Assembly (NCBI GenBank): GCA_022684035.1
Contig: JAJHSB010000023.1
Span: forward strand, 1-30,072
Reading direction: 5' to 3'
DNA: 30,072 nucleotides
From: Candidatus Acetothermia bacterium
GTDB lineage: Bacteria; Bipolaricaulota; Bipolaricaulia; UBA7950
The position numbers and the translations under genes were made by a program. Below the pieces are notes generated by a model. That model did no database searches. It had not been told where the DNA came from and saw only the letters and a list, made by a program, of their open reading frames with translations. Shown here in pieces: positions 1-9,787 of this stretch; positions within the stretch are counted from its first letter, which is position 1; the number at the start of each line of letters is the position of its first letter.

Positions 1-21
1 AAGCAAAATAGGAGGTAAATC

Positions 22-2553
22 GTGAAAAGCAAAAAATTGACACTAATTGGGTTATCAATTCTGCTTACGTTAGGGCTCATAGTAGGGTTTAGCGCGTTGG
101 CAGAAGAAGAAGTTCGCTATGGCGCCTGGGTGGATGAGATAGTGGGGATCAAGGTCCCTGTCCCCATGGCAGTCCCCATGATCGCGGCCGAGGAGTTGCA
201 CATGTTCCTCTTTAGTATCCTAGATCCCGTGGTCTACGCGACTGTCGTGGCGGACCCAGATATGGAATATGAGAGGCTCTTCGGGGTATTTATGGAGTTG
301 ACCTTCAATCCCGCAGGGACTCCTGAGAACCCCACCTTCGCCGACGGCAGGCTCAATCCGTTCGCTGTCCCCCGGATACGGGAGGCGATGAACTGGCTCA
401 TCGACCGCGACTACATCGCCGAGGAGCTTTGGAAAGGAATGGCGATTCCAAGGTTTTTCCCCATACACCCCGCCTTCCCTGACTACGCGAGGTATATCGC
501 TACTGCCAGAAGACTTGAGATCTACTATGCACACAACCCTGCGAAAGCAAGGGAGATAATCTTCTATGAGATGGAGAAGCTCGGCGCCCAGATGATCGAC
601 GGGATCTGGCACTGGGAAATCGAGGGAGAGCTGAAACCGGTGGAGATAATCGTCCTTGGCCGGATCGAGGATGCGCGGAGATATCTCGCCCACTATATGA
701 CCAGGCACATGGAGGCCCTGGGCTTTAAGGTCAAAGAACTGATCAAGACGGCAGCCCATGCAGCGCCGCTCTGGCTGCACCCCGACCAGTACAAGGGGCT
801 TATGCACATCTACACCGGGGGCTGGATCGCTACGATAATCGATCGCGACCAGGGGACGGTCTTCGACTTCTTCTACACCCCAAGAGGCATCCCCCTCCCA
901 CTCTGGCTGCAGACTAAACCCACTCCTGAGTTCGACGAACTCGCTCTGAGGCTGGGCAAAGGGGACTTTGCAGATCTTGCTGAACGTGAGAAAATGTTTG
1001 AACGTGCGCTTGAACTTGCAATGGAGGATTCCCACCGGGTGTGGGTTGTAAACACCCTCGGCATAAACCCGCGTCGAGCAGATATCGCAGTTGCGGCTGA
1101 CCTTGCCGGAGGAATCGCCGGCTCCTTCCTGTGGGGATTGACGGCCCGGTTTGAATACGAACCAGGTGTTCCGAAGGTGGGAGGAAGGGCGATCGTCGGG
1201 ATACCCGACATTCTGGTTGACCCCTGGAACCCCATCGCAGGTTCCGCCTGGATCTTCGATGTAGCATTCAGTGCTCGCCCCATGACTGACTGGGGAACGC
1301 TGCCGGATCCATTCACTGGACTACACCATCCCCAGCGGATTGAGCGAGCCGCGGTCTACGTTAGGGAGGGACTGCCGGTCGGCATAACCCATGACTGGCT
1401 TACGCTGGAGTTTGTCCCGGAGATAAAAGTCCCGGCCGACGCCTGGGTTGACTGGGATGCCACCAAGCAGCGGTTCATCACGCTGGCCGAGGCCGCGGTG
1501 AAGGAAGGATGGGATCCCGCAAGGGCCGTTGCCGACGTCAAGGTCCGGATATACTATCCTGACAACTTATTCGATGTAGTGAAGTGGCACGACGGCAGCC
1601 CAATAAGCATCGCCGATTTTGTGGTGAGCATGATCATGGGTGCTCCTGGTCATTTCGACCGGGCAAAGGAAGAGAGCCCGATCTTCGACGCAGCGGCAGT
1701 GCCGGCCTTCACGGCATTCATGGAGCACTTCCGCGGGGTGAGGATCGTGAGTGAGGATCCGCTGATAATCGAGTCCTTCACCAACATGATCGAACTCGAT
1801 GCAGAGGTCATCGTTTCTGGGTGGACCTGGTTCCCAGGCGATAACTTCTGGCCCGGTTTGGCGATAGGGAAACTTGCCGAGATGGACAAGGAGCTTGCTT
1901 TTGGTAAGGCCAAGGCGGGATTGCTCGGGGTAGAGTGGATGAACTTGATCGCCGGCCCGACCCTGCCCATTCTTGAAAGGCACCTTGCTTATGCAATCGA
2001 GACCGGCTTCATCCCCTATGCGCCCACACTCGCTCAGTTCCTGCCTGCGGAGGAAGTCGCTGCCCGCTACGCTGCCCTGAAGCGCTGGTTTGCGGAGAGG
2101 GGACACTTCTTTGTCAGCACCGGACCGTTCTACCTTTATGCGGCACATCCCATCGAGGAGATCGTCCACATGAGGCGATTCCCCTACTTCCCCGACCCGG
2201 CAGAGAGATGGATCGGCTTCGTTAAACCGATGATCGCTGAGGTTGATGTTGTCGGGCCAACTGTCGTCATTGCCGGAGCTGAGGCGGTCTTCGATATAGA
2301 AGTAACCTTCTTGGGTGAGCCCTACCGTGTGGCTGACGTAGACTTCGTGACCTATCTCCTAATAGATGCCGTGGGCGAAATCGTCCATGTCGGTTACGCC
2401 GTGGCAGTCCGAGATGGGCTGTGGCAGGTGGTGCTCCCTGGAGAGCTCACCGCTGGGCTTGTCGTCGGCTCCACCAGGCTGGAAGTGGCCGTCTCATCTT
2501 TACTTGTTGCCATTCCTACATTCGATGCGGCAACATTTATATTGCTTCCATAG
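22..2553 (+). CDS. ABC transporter substrate-binding protein, family 5 (oligopeptide/dipeptide/nickel type), unusually large at 843 aa, with a C-terminal hydrophobic anchor
   Basis: GTG start 6 nt after GGAGG (11-15). N-terminal signal peptide MKSKKLTLIGLSILLTLGLIVGFSALA. It is the first gene of a co-directional permease/ATPase operon. The last ~22 residues (VAVSSLLVAIPTFDAATFILLP) are uniformly hydrophobic. Family assignment rests on operon context and general SBP_5-like character, not on a database search. Confidence 0.75.
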   Translation: MKSKKLTLIGLSILLTLGLIVGFSALAEEEVRYGAWVDEIVGIKVPVPMAVPMIAAEELHMFLFSILDPVVYATVVADPDMEYERLFGVFMELTFNPAGTPENPTFADGRLNPFAVPRIREAMNWLIDRDYIAEELWKGMAIPRFFPIHPAFPDYARYIATARRLEIYYAHNPAKAREIIFYEMEKLGAQMIDGIWHWEIEGELKPVEIIVLGRIEDARRYLAHYMTRHMEALGFKVKELIKTAAHAAPLWLHPDQYKGLMHIYTGGWIATIIDRDQGTVFDFFYTPRGIPLPLWLQTKPTPEFDELALRLGKGDFADLAEREKMFERALELAMEDSHRVWVVNTLGINPRRADIAVAADLAGGIAGSFLWGLTARFEYEPGVPKVGGRAIVGIPDILVDPWNPIAGSAWIFDVAFSARPMTDWGTLPDPFTGLHHPQRIERAAVYVREGLPVGITHDWLTLEFVPEIKVPADAWVDWDATKQRFITLAEAAVKEGWDPARAVADVKVRIYYPDNLFDVVKWHDGSPISIADFVVSMIMGAPGHFDRAKEESPIFDAAAVPAFTAFMEHFRGVRIVSEDPLIIESFTNMIELDAEVIVSGWTWFPGDNFWPGLAIGKLAEMDKELAFGKAKAGLLGVEWMNLIAGPTLPILERHLAYAIETGFIPYAPTLAQFLPAEEVAARYAALKRWFAERGHFFVSTGPFYLYAAHPIEEIVHMRRFPYFPDPAERWIGFVKPMIAEVDVVGPTVVIAGAEAVFDIEVTFLGEPYRVADVDFVTYLLIDAVGEIVHVGYAVAVRDGLWQVVLPGELTAGLVVGSTRLEVAVSSLLVAIPTFDAATFILLP

Positions 2554-2593
2554 AAGAAAGGAACAGATAGCTGCTGCAAGAAACACGGCGCAC

Positions 2594-2624
2594 GGCACGA
2601 GGGGCACCAGGTGCCCCTCGTGCC
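2594..2624 (+). promoter_or_regulatory. Intercistronic GC-rich stem-loop (15-bp perfect inverted repeat GGCACGAGGGGCACC-a-GGTGCCCCTCGTGCC) between the SBP gene and the first permease gene
   Basis: The perfect palindrome was read directly. It is not followed by a T-run, so it is more likely an mRNA-stability or partial-attenuation hairpin than a full terminator. This is typical of SBP-permease junctions. Confidence 0.5.
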
Positions 2625-2653
2625 GCCGAGTAACCGTAAGGAGGTAAGGCGCC

Positions 2654-3784
2654 ATGACCGAGATGAACATCTCAGAGGCACACAAACCCGGGGCAAGGTT
2701 CACTGTTCTCAGCTCCCTCGCCAGGATCGGGAAATACACGCTCATCAGGCTGATCACGATCGGCATCGCGGTCGTCGTTGGGATATTGTTAACCATCTTC
2801 ATCGCCAACTGGGGCGGGCACATGGATGAGATAAAGAGGGCCCGCATCTGGGAGGAGGTGGCGATGGCTGTCCTCGCGGACGAGGCGCTTCGCCTTATGC
2901 CGCTGAAGGAGCGTGAGACGATCATCAGGGAGAAGGTCGCCATAGAGAAGAGGCGGATGGGGCTGGAGAGGCCGTTCCTGGTGCGCACCCCAGGCTACCT
3001 TACCAGTGCCCTGACGCTGAACCTGGGATGGGCCCCCACCATGACCAGCCCTTCCGGATCGAGGCTGGTGCGGCTGATTCTCACTGAGCGACTCGCGGCG
3101 ACCCTAGTGCTCTTCGGCACCGCCCAGTTGCTACTCTTCTTTATTACATTATTTTCCGCCCTCTTCCTCTCCCGCCGCTATGGAAGTTGGCTGGACAAGG
3201 CAATCATTGCCCTTGCTCCCACTTCTGCCGCCCCGGGGTGGTTTTACGGAATCTTCTTAATCCTTATCTTTGCCATAGTGCTGGGAATCTTGCCCTTCGG
3301 GAGGATGGTTGCGGCTCCCCCCCCCCTGACAGTGCTGGGGTATGCATTGAGCCTCCTTGAGCACCTGATTCTGCCTGTCCTGGCCATTATCATCGGCGGC
3401 ATCTTCGCCGGTATCTATGGCCTGCGCACCTTCTTCCTCATCCATTCCAGCGAGGACTATGTAGAGATGGCGAAGGCCAGGGGGCTCCCCTCAGGAATGA
3501 TTGAGCGGAGGTATGTATTGCGGCCGACCCTCCCGCCGATCATCATGTCATTTGCCCTGACGCTCATCGGTATGTGGATGGGGGGTATCATCCTGGAGAC
3601 GGTCTTCGTCTGGCCGGGACTGGGGAGTCTCTTGTTCGAGGCAATCGGCCGCGGTGAAACCCCGGTTATTGTGGGTTCGGCAATCGTCTATGCCTACCTC
3701 CTGGCGGCGACGCTGTTCATTATGGATATCGTCTTTGCACTGGTTGATCCACGGGTGAAGGTAGGCGCTGAAAGGAGGGTATGA
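2654..3784 (+). CDS. ABC transporter permease, OppB/DppB-like
   Basis: 376 aa with multiple TM segments. It carries the binding-protein-dependent permease signature region (EDYVEMAKARGLPSGMIERRYVLRPTLPPII). RBS GGAGG lies 10 nt upstream of the ATG. Confidence 0.85.
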   Translation: MTEMNISEAHKPGARFTVLSSLARIGKYTLIRLITIGIAVVVGILLTIFIANWGGHMDEIKRARIWEEVAMAVLADEALRLMPLKERETIIREKVAIEKRRMGLERPFLVRTPGYLTSALTLNLGWAPTMTSPSGSRLVRLILTERLAATLVLFGTAQLLLFFITLFSALFLSRRYGSWLDKAIIALAPTSAAPGWFYGIFLILIFAIVLGILPFGRMVAAPPPLTVLGYALSLLEHLILPVLAIIIGGIFAGIYGLRTFFLIHSSEDYVEMAKARGLPSGMIERRYVLRPTLPPIIMSFALTLIGMWMGGIILETVFVWPGLGSLLFEAIGRGETPVIVGSAIVYAYLLAATLFIMDIVFALVDPRVKVGAERRV

Positions 3785-3785
3785 T

Positions 3786-5108
3786 ATGAAGCAGGGTCTG
3801 AGACAATTGATGCGCTACCCGGCCGCCGCTATTGGGCTGGCGATCATCGTGATACTGGTCGTGGTGGCCATCTACACCGTTATCGCCATCCCCTACAATG
3901 AGGCGATAAGGCTCTGGCGAGGGGGTGGAGGACTCTGGGCGGAATACCCCAAGAACGCCTGGCCGGAATGGATAAACCTTCTGCCCGGGGAGAACCGCCC
4001 GACAACGATCATCTTATGCAGCACCGAGGTGGGAGAAAAGACGGTGCGTCCCCTCGCAGGGGGGGTAAGCAAGGTGGAGATCCTGCTTCCATTCGACTTC
4101 ACCTATGACGGGTTCCCTCAGGAAATAAGCGTATTCTTTGCGCCCCAGTTTGATAAGCGAGCGCCATTTGCCAAGATTACCTGGCTGACCCCTGACGGGA
4201 GAGAGATCCGCGTTGGGGAGCGCACCGCGGTGGGGGTGTACCGGATGTCGATCGACGGGGATCTCACCCGCCGACTTGGCGGGAGAGCAGCCCACATTGG
4301 ACTGTTTGCCGACCCGGCCGCCGAGGGGCAGCCTCTCAAAGGCAGGTATACGCTGCGAGTGAAAGGCTGGTTGATGGAAGAGAACGCCGACCTCGATGCA
4401 AGGCTGGTGGTCTTTGGCCAAGTACACGGTCTTGCCGGGACCGACCACCTGCGTCGGGACCTGATGGTGGGGCTGCTGTGGGGGATTCCGGTCGCCCTGG
4501 TCTTCGGGCTGCTGGCGGCCGTGGGGACACAGATAAGCACATTCATCCTGGCCGCGATCGGGGTCTGGCACAGGAAGTGGGTGGATGGCGCTTTCCGCTG
4601 GCTCACCCAGGTGAACATAATCATGCCGCTGCTTCCCATCCTTATCATGATCGGCATGTTCTTCTCACGGAGCATCGGGGTGATGCTGGGGGTAATTATC
4701 TTTTTCAATATCTTCAGCGCATCCTACTTTGTCTTACGCGCCATGTTCCTCCAGATAAAGGAATCGTCCTACATTGAGGCGGCCCGGGCATACGGAGCGG
4801 GGAATTCCAGGATCATCTTCCGATATCTGATCCCCAAGGTGATCCCGGTGCTCCTTCCGCAGTTCATCCTGGTAGTCCCTGGCTTCGTCTTCCTGGAGGC
4901 ATCGCTGGCAGTCCTCGGCTTGGGTGACCCGCACCTGCCGACCCTGGGCAAGATAATACATGAGGCCCATGTTAACGCCGCCATTTTCGTCGGACACTAC
5001 TACTGGATAGTGCTGCCGGGGGTACTTCTTATGGTGATGGGGATCGCCTTTGCCATGGTCGGCTACACCCTCGACCGTATTATCAATCCAAGGCTAAGGC
5101 AGATATGA
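3786..5108 (+). CDS. ABC transporter permease, OppC/DppC-like, with a long extracytoplasmic N-terminal loop
   Basis: 440 aa. The ATG sits 1 nt after the upstream stop. Permease signature SYIEAARAYGAGNSRIIFRYLIPKVIP. There are about 200 residues between TM1 and the membrane core. Confidence 0.85.
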   Translation: MKQGLRQLMRYPAAAIGLAIIVILVVVAIYTVIAIPYNEAIRLWRGGGGLWAEYPKNAWPEWINLLPGENRPTTIILCSTEVGEKTVRPLAGGVSKVEILLPFDFTYDGFPQEISVFFAPQFDKRAPFAKITWLTPDGREIRVGERTAVGVYRMSIDGDLTRRLGGRAAHIGLFADPAAEGQPLKGRYTLRVKGWLMEENADLDARLVVFGQVHGLAGTDHLRRDLMVGLLWGIPVALVFGLLAAVGTQISTFILAAIGVWHRKWVDGAFRWLTQVNIIMPLLPILIMIGMFFSRSIGVMLGVIIFFNIFSASYFVLRAMFLQIKESSYIEAARAYGAGNSRIIFRYLIPKVIPVLLPQFILVVPGFVFLEASLAVLGLGDPHLPTLGKIIHEAHVNAAIFVGHYYWIVLPGVLLMVMGIAFAMVGYTLDRIINPRLRQI

Positions 5109-6091
5109 TGAAGAAAGATACTCTTATGAACATCGAGGACCTGCGCCTCTACTTCCGCACTCAACGGGGTATTGTCCAAGCAGTAGACGAAGTACGTTTC
5201 ACGTTTCGTCACGGGCTGTCGATGGTCATCGTCGGCGAATCCGGTTGCGGCAAGACGTCACTGGCGAGGGCACTCTTGCGGTTGTTGCCCCGCAACGTGC
5301 ATACCTATACTGGGCGGATCTTCCTCAATGGTAATGATCTAATGGACTTCAGTAACGAACGCTATCGGCGAGAGGTGAGGTGGCGTAAGATTGCTTTCGT
5401 ACCTCAAGCAGCGATGAATTCCTTAAACCCGGTAATCAAGCTTGGGGAGCAAGTGGCGGAGCCGTTGCTGGTACATGGCATGGTGGGGAGCAAGGGGGAG
5501 GCAGCGGAGCGGGCAAGGTTGGCATGCGAGCAGGTCGGGCTCCCGCTGGACTTTTTAGACCGTTACCCCTTTGAGCTCTCCGGCGGGATGCGGCAGCGTG
5601 CCGCCATCGCCGCCGCACTGATAATGAAGCCGGTACTAACAATCCTCGATGAGCCGACCTCGGCACTGGATGTATTGACACAAACAAACATAATGAATGT
5701 GCTCAAGCGGATCAAGCGGGAAGTAGAGACGAGCTTTATTCTCATTACCCATGACATTGCCACCTCAAGTGAGCTGGCAGACGAGGCAGCAATCATGTAT
5801 GCAGGGCAGATAGTGGAACTATGCGATGCAGCACGGTTTTATCGCGAACCATTCCATCCCTACGCAAAGAAGCTTATGGCGAGCGTTCCGACGCTGCGGC
5901 AGAAGAAGAAACTCGAGTTTATTCCAGGACAGCCCCCGAGCCTGATCAACCCTCCCCGCGGCTGTCGCTTTGCCGATCGCTGTCCCTCCCGGTTCGGCAG
6001 GTGTGACGACGAGCCACCGCTTGCAGAAGTTGGTACGGGGCATTGGGTGAAGTGCTGGCTATCTACCCGAGGTGAAAAGAATGCAGAATGA
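5105..6091 (+). CDS. ABC transporter ATP-binding protein, OppD/DppD-like
   Basis: Walker A GESGCGKTS, ABC signature LSGGMRQRAAIAAAL, Walker B ILDEPTSALD, and the C-terminal oligopeptide-type extension PPRGCRFADRCP. ATGA overlap with the upstream permease. Confidence 0.9.
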   Translation: MMKKDTLMNIEDLRLYFRTQRGIVQAVDEVRFTFRHGLSMVIVGESGCGKTSLARALLRLLPRNVHTYTGRIFLNGNDLMDFSNERYRREVRWRKIAFVPQAAMNSLNPVIKLGEQVAEPLLVHGMVGSKGEAAERARLACEQVGLPLDFLDRYPFELSGGMRQRAAIAAALIMKPVLTILDEPTSALDVLTQTNIMNVLKRIKREVETSFILITHDIATSSELADEAAIMYAGQIVELCDAARFYREPFHPYAKKLMASVPTLRQKKKLEFIPGQPPSLINPPRGCRFADRCPSRFGRCDDEPPLAEVGTGHWVKCWLSTRGEKNAE

Positions 6092-7067
6092 GATACTGCT
6101 TACAGTAGAAAATCTACACACATGGTTTGAGTTGAGAAAGTGGGGGTTCCTGCATGCGGGATTTGTGCGGGCAGTGGACGGGGTGAACTTCGAACTTGGT
6201 AAGGGAGAGGCAGTCGCCGTCGTTGGCGAGTCTGGCTGCGGGAAGAGCACCCTGGCACGAACTATTATGGGCCTTATCGCGCCCACACAGGGTAAAATCA
6301 ACTTTAATGGAAGGAGTTTTGGAAGTAAGGGGCTTAAGGAAGAGGCAATGCGGGCCTACCGGTCCCAGGTCGGCTACATCCAGCAGGATCCCTATGGAGC
6401 GCTTGCCTCCTTTATGAATGTGAGGACCATTATGGAGGAGCCCCTGCGCATCAACGGGGTTAAAAACAAAGCCGAAAGACGAGAGCGGATCGAAGCGGCT
6501 TTAACAGAAGTGAAGATGACTCCGGTGGAGGAGTTTCTTCCCAAGTTTCCCCATATGCTGAGCGGAGGGCAGCAGCAGCGGGTGGTCATCGCCCGGGCGA
6601 TGATCATGAAACCGAGTCTCATCCTTGCTGATGAGCCGGTATCGATGCTCGATGCATCGGTGCGGGTGGAGATACTCCAACTTCTGGAGACACTTCGACA
6701 CTCTCATAACCTGGGATTGATCTATATCACTCACGATCTCGCCACTGTCCGCTACTTCACCGAGCGTATCTTCGTCATGTACGGGGCGAATCTGGTGGAA
6801 ATGGCTGTGGTACAGGAGCTTCTGGATAATCCTCTCCATCCCTACACTCGTGCATTGCTCACCGCCACCTCTGATCCCGACCCGGAGAACGCCCATATTT
6901 TCAGAGAAGTGCCCACCGGAGAACCACCGAGTCTCCGCAACCCGCCTGCAGGGTGTAGATTCCACCCCCGGTGTTCTTCTATCATAAAGGGGTTGTGTGA
7001 TGTGGAGAGGCCACCGGACTTTTATCCCCAACCGGACCATTCTGTGATGTGTTGGCTTTATAAATGA
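6081..7067 (+). CDS. ABC transporter ATP-binding protein, OppF/DppF-like
   Basis: Walker A GESGCGKST, signature LSGGQQQRVVIARAM, Walker B ILADEPVSMLD, C-terminal PPAGCRFHPRC. The ATG at 6081 is preferred over the ORF-track GTG at 6072 because GAGGTG lies 6 nt upstream. It overlaps oppD by 11 nt. Confidence 0.88.
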   Translation: MQNEILLTVENLHTWFELRKWGFLHAGFVRAVDGVNFELGKGEAVAVVGESGCGKSTLARTIMGLIAPTQGKINFNGRSFGSKGLKEEAMRAYRSQVGYIQQDPYGALASFMNVRTIMEEPLRINGVKNKAERRERIEAALTEVKMTPVEEFLPKFPHMLSGGQQQRVVIARAMIMKPSLILADEPVSMLDASVRVEILQLLETLRHSHNLGLIYITHDLATVRYFTERIFVMYGANLVEMAVVQELLDNPLHPYTRALLTATSDPDPENAHIFREVPTGEPPSLRNPPAGCRFHPRCSSIIKGLCDVERPPDFYPQPDHSVMCWLYK

Positions 7068-7276
7068 GTCATCGAAAGCTTTTCATCATCGGCTTCGTGT
7101 TAGTCCTTATTGGAGCTGTTCTGCCTTTCGTTATGGTCATCCAGATTGTGGAATCTACCTTACTGCTGAATTTCGTGGCTGCTATCTCCTCGATCTTCGG
7201 CTTGTTGTTCGGAGTTATCGGGGCTGCCACGTACATGGCTTGGAAACGGCAGTCTGACGACCAGGCTGAAGAATAA
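7064..7276 (+). CDS. Small (70 aa) two-TM membrane protein, translationally coupled to the second ATPase gene
   Basis: ATGA start/stop overlap with the upstream gene. Two hydrophobic helices (FIIGFVLVLIGAVLPFVMVIQIV and LLLNFVAAISSIFGLLFGVIGAATYMA). No recognisable family. Confidence 0.45.
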   Translation: MSHRKLFIIGFVLVLIGAVLPFVMVIQIVESTLLLNFVAAISSIFGLLFGVIGAATYMAWKRQSDDQAEE

Positions 7277-7345
7277 AGCGTCTTGGCGAGAGAAAGAAAA
7301 TATGGGTTTCTCGCAAAGGCGCAAAGACGCAAAGAATAACGGAGA

Positions 7346-9787
7346 ATGAGAATAAGAATGAGAAAGAAGATCATAATGAGGCTCCCACGGTATCTCATCC
7401 TGGCAGTGCTGGTGTCGGCAGGCCTGTTGGGCTTGCTGATTCTTCACTGGCTGCAACCTGCGGTACCGGTGCCCGTAGAAGGGATAATCCAGCCTGGCGA
7501 GTCTTCTATCCAGGAGGCGATTGATCGGGCAACGAAAGGCGCGGTGATCCAGTTGGCAGCCGGAACCTGGCAGGAGAATATCAGGATCAACAGATCCTTG
7601 ACGCTGCAGGGCGCTGGTACTGGAAAGACGATCATCGACGGGATTAAGAAAGGTTATCCGGTCATTTGGATCGAGGCGACGGGGAAAGACGAGACAATCG
7701 AGGTTAAGTTAGAAGGACTGACGATCACCGGGGCGGAGGAAGGGGATGCAGATCCCGATGCACGGATCGGCGCCGATGGGATACTAATCCAGGGTGAAGT
7801 ACGAGTAAGTATCACCAACTCCACCATCACCAAAAACAGGCATGGCATCGAGCTCCGGGACTTAGCACAAGCAGAGATCACGGGCACCACCTTCTCCGGA
7901 AACAGTCACGGGGTCGTGCTGTGGGAGTCGGCACGGGCTGAGATCAGCAACTCCACCATCTCCGGTGACAAGAAAGGTGCCGGCATCCTGCTCTGGGACT
8001 CAAGCCAGGCTGAGATCACTGAACTTGCCACCTCAGGAAACTGGCATGGCATTCTTCTCCGGGACTCAAGCCGGGCAGGGATCACCGATACCACTCTTTC
8101 GGAGAACGAGGTGGGAATCGGGCTTGCCGGCGAAGCGCAGGCTATGATCACCGGCTCCAGCATCTCGAAAAACGGTTGGGGCATCGGGCTCGTCGGCGAG
8201 GCGCAGACAACGATCACCAGCTCCAGTATCTCCAGGAACAGGCAGGAGGGGATCGGGGTTGGAGGCGAAGCGCGGGCCGTGATCACCGACTCCACAATCT
8301 CTGAGAACTATCATGGCATCATCCTGCGGCGCATCGCACGGGCAGAGATCAGGAATTCCACCATTTCCAGGAACAGATGGGGTATCGAACTTTCGGTAGT
8401 AGCAGCGGCAGAGTTCATCGAGTCCACCATTTCCGTAAACGGAGTCGGCGTTCTGATCAGAGGTTCAGCGCAGATTAGGGTCACTGAGTCCATTATCTCC
8501 AATACCAAGTGGCATGGTATCGAGCTCAGAGATTCAGCGCAGGCGATGATTATTAATTCCAGAATTGAATATGGAGGACCCGGCATCGCACTCGCAGGGA
8601 CCGCAAAGGCCGTGATCACCAACTCCACAATCGTTAAAAACATGGAGGGCGGCAGGTTACGGAACTCAGCCCGTTTAGAGATTAGCGGCTCCACCATCTC
8701 CGGGAACCAAGGGGACGGCTTTATACTGCGGAACTCAGCCTATTTAGCGGTCACCGACTCCATTATTTCCCAGAATGAGCAGCATGGCATCAAGTTGTTG
8801 AACTCAGCTCAGGCAGTGGTCACCGACTCCACGATCTGTGACAACAAAGAATATGGCTTCAAGCTCCTGGATTCAGCGCAAGCGGAGATCACTGATAACC
8901 TCATCCAGGGCAATAGGAAAGGCGGAATTCTATCTTTTTCAGACCATCCAGTGAGAGGGGGCAATAACACTATGTTGCAAAACGGGGTCGATCTTTTGGG
9001 AAATATCCTCGCCGGTCTGCGAATTCCGCTAATGGAGCCGGCTGAAATGGAGATCCGGCTTCCCGATCCCGCCTTTCCCACCCTGCAGCATGCGATCGAC
9101 GCCCTTCTGCCCGGAGGACGGCTGATTCTAAGTGATGGCAGTTACACCGGTGGGGTGACGATCGGACATGACCTCACCATCGTTGCAACGGAAGGCGCAA
9201 AACCAACTATCAAAGGAGGATTTGCCGTTATCTCCCTCCTGATGAATGCACGCGTGGAAATGGATGGCCTCCTTTTGCAAGGCGGTTGGATAGGATTGGC
9301 CGGCGGCACTACCATTCAGGTAGAGATCACCGGCTGCACCATCTCCGGAAACAGAGCATATGGTATTAAGCTCTGGGACTCAGCACAAGCAGAGATCACC
9401 GGCTCCACTATCTCCGGGAACGAGAGAGACGGCATCAAGCTGTTGAACGCAGCGCAGGCTATGATCACCGGCTCCATCATCTCCGGGAACAGGGGGAACG
9501 GTATTGAGATCAGGGACTGGGCGCAAGCAAAGATAACTGGCTCCACTTTGCTCGAGAATGCTGTACACGGCATCAAGCTCTGGGATTCAGCAGAAGCGCT
9601 CCTGAGAGAGAACGCGATTCTCAGTAATAGATATGGCGTTAATGCGATACAACTCGTGCATGGTAGTGTCACTGGTCTTAGTAACATAATCCCCGGTCCT
9701 GGCGAGCCCAGCGAGAATCACCACCACAATGTCATCCCCGCGAGGCTAGGATTCCTGATGACCGAAGAGGGCGGCGTATATCCGTAG
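7346..9787 (+). CDS. Secreted or membrane-anchored right-handed parallel beta-helix (PbH1/NosD-like) repeat protein with two beta-helix domains
   Basis: N-terminal basic region plus hydrophobic segment (MRLPRYLILAVLVSAGLLGLLIL). Two domain-opening motifs (SIQEAIDRATKGAVIQLAAGTWQE and TLQHAIDALLPGGRLILSDGSYTGGV). Each is followed by many ~22-23 aa repeats of the form NSTISGNxxHGIxLxDSAQAxIT. The start codon is uncertain among 7346, 7358 and 7376. Confidence 0.75.
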   Translation: MRIRMRKKIIMRLPRYLILAVLVSAGLLGLLILHWLQPAVPVPVEGIIQPGESSIQEAIDRATKGAVIQLAAGTWQENIRINRSLTLQGAGTGKTIIDGIKKGYPVIWIEATGKDETIEVKLEGLTITGAEEGDADPDARIGADGILIQGEVRVSITNSTITKNRHGIELRDLAQAEITGTTFSGNSHGVVLWESARAEISNSTISGDKKGAGILLWDSSQAEITELATSGNWHGILLRDSSRAGITDTTLSENEVGIGLAGEAQAMITGSSISKNGWGIGLVGEAQTTITSSSISRNRQEGIGVGGEARAVITDSTISENYHGIILRRIARAEIRNSTISRNRWGIELSVVAAAEFIESTISVNGVGVLIRGSAQIRVTESIISNTKWHGIELRDSAQAMIINSRIEYGGPGIALAGTAKAVITNSTIVKNMEGGRLRNSARLEISGSTISGNQGDGFILRNSAYLAVTDSIISQNEQHGIKLLNSAQAVVTDSTICDNKEYGFKLLDSAQAEITDNLIQGNRKGGILSFSDHPVRGGNNTMLQNGVDLLGNILAGLRIPLMEPAEMEIRLPDPAFPTLQHAIDALLPGGRLILSDGSYTGGVTIGHDLTIVATEGAKPTIKGGFAVISLLMNARVEMDGLLLQGGWIGLAGGTTIQVEITGCTISGNRAYGIKLWDSAQAEITGSTISGNERDGIKLLNAAQAMITGSIISGNRGNGIEIRDWAQAKITGSTLLENAVHGIKLWDSAEALLRENAILSNRYGVNAIQLVHGSVTGLSNIIPGPGEPSENHHHNVIPARLGFLMTEEGGVYP
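7790..9620 (+). repeat. Intragenic DNA-level tandem/interspersed repeats encoding PbH1 units (e.g. GCAGAGATCACCGGCTCCACyATCTCCGGrAAC recurring)
   Basis: Near-identical 30-40 nt stretches recur across the gene (e.g. around 7871-7900, 9330-9360 and 9389-9420). These repeats also create long spurious antisense ORFs. Confidence 0.6.

Noticed and set aside
220-2169. Several long minus-strand ORFs (220-1035, 873-1316, 1567-2169 and others) antisense to the SBP gene
   Set aside because: They are antisense to a well-supported gene in a ~60% GC region where stop codons are rare. They have no RBS and no recognisable domains.
7906-9687. Minus-strand ORFs of 120-130 aa (7906-8295, 8311-8697, 9316-9687) inside the beta-helix gene
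   Set aside because: They are artefacts of the periodic GC-rich repeat structure. Their repetitive proteins mirror the sense-strand repeats.
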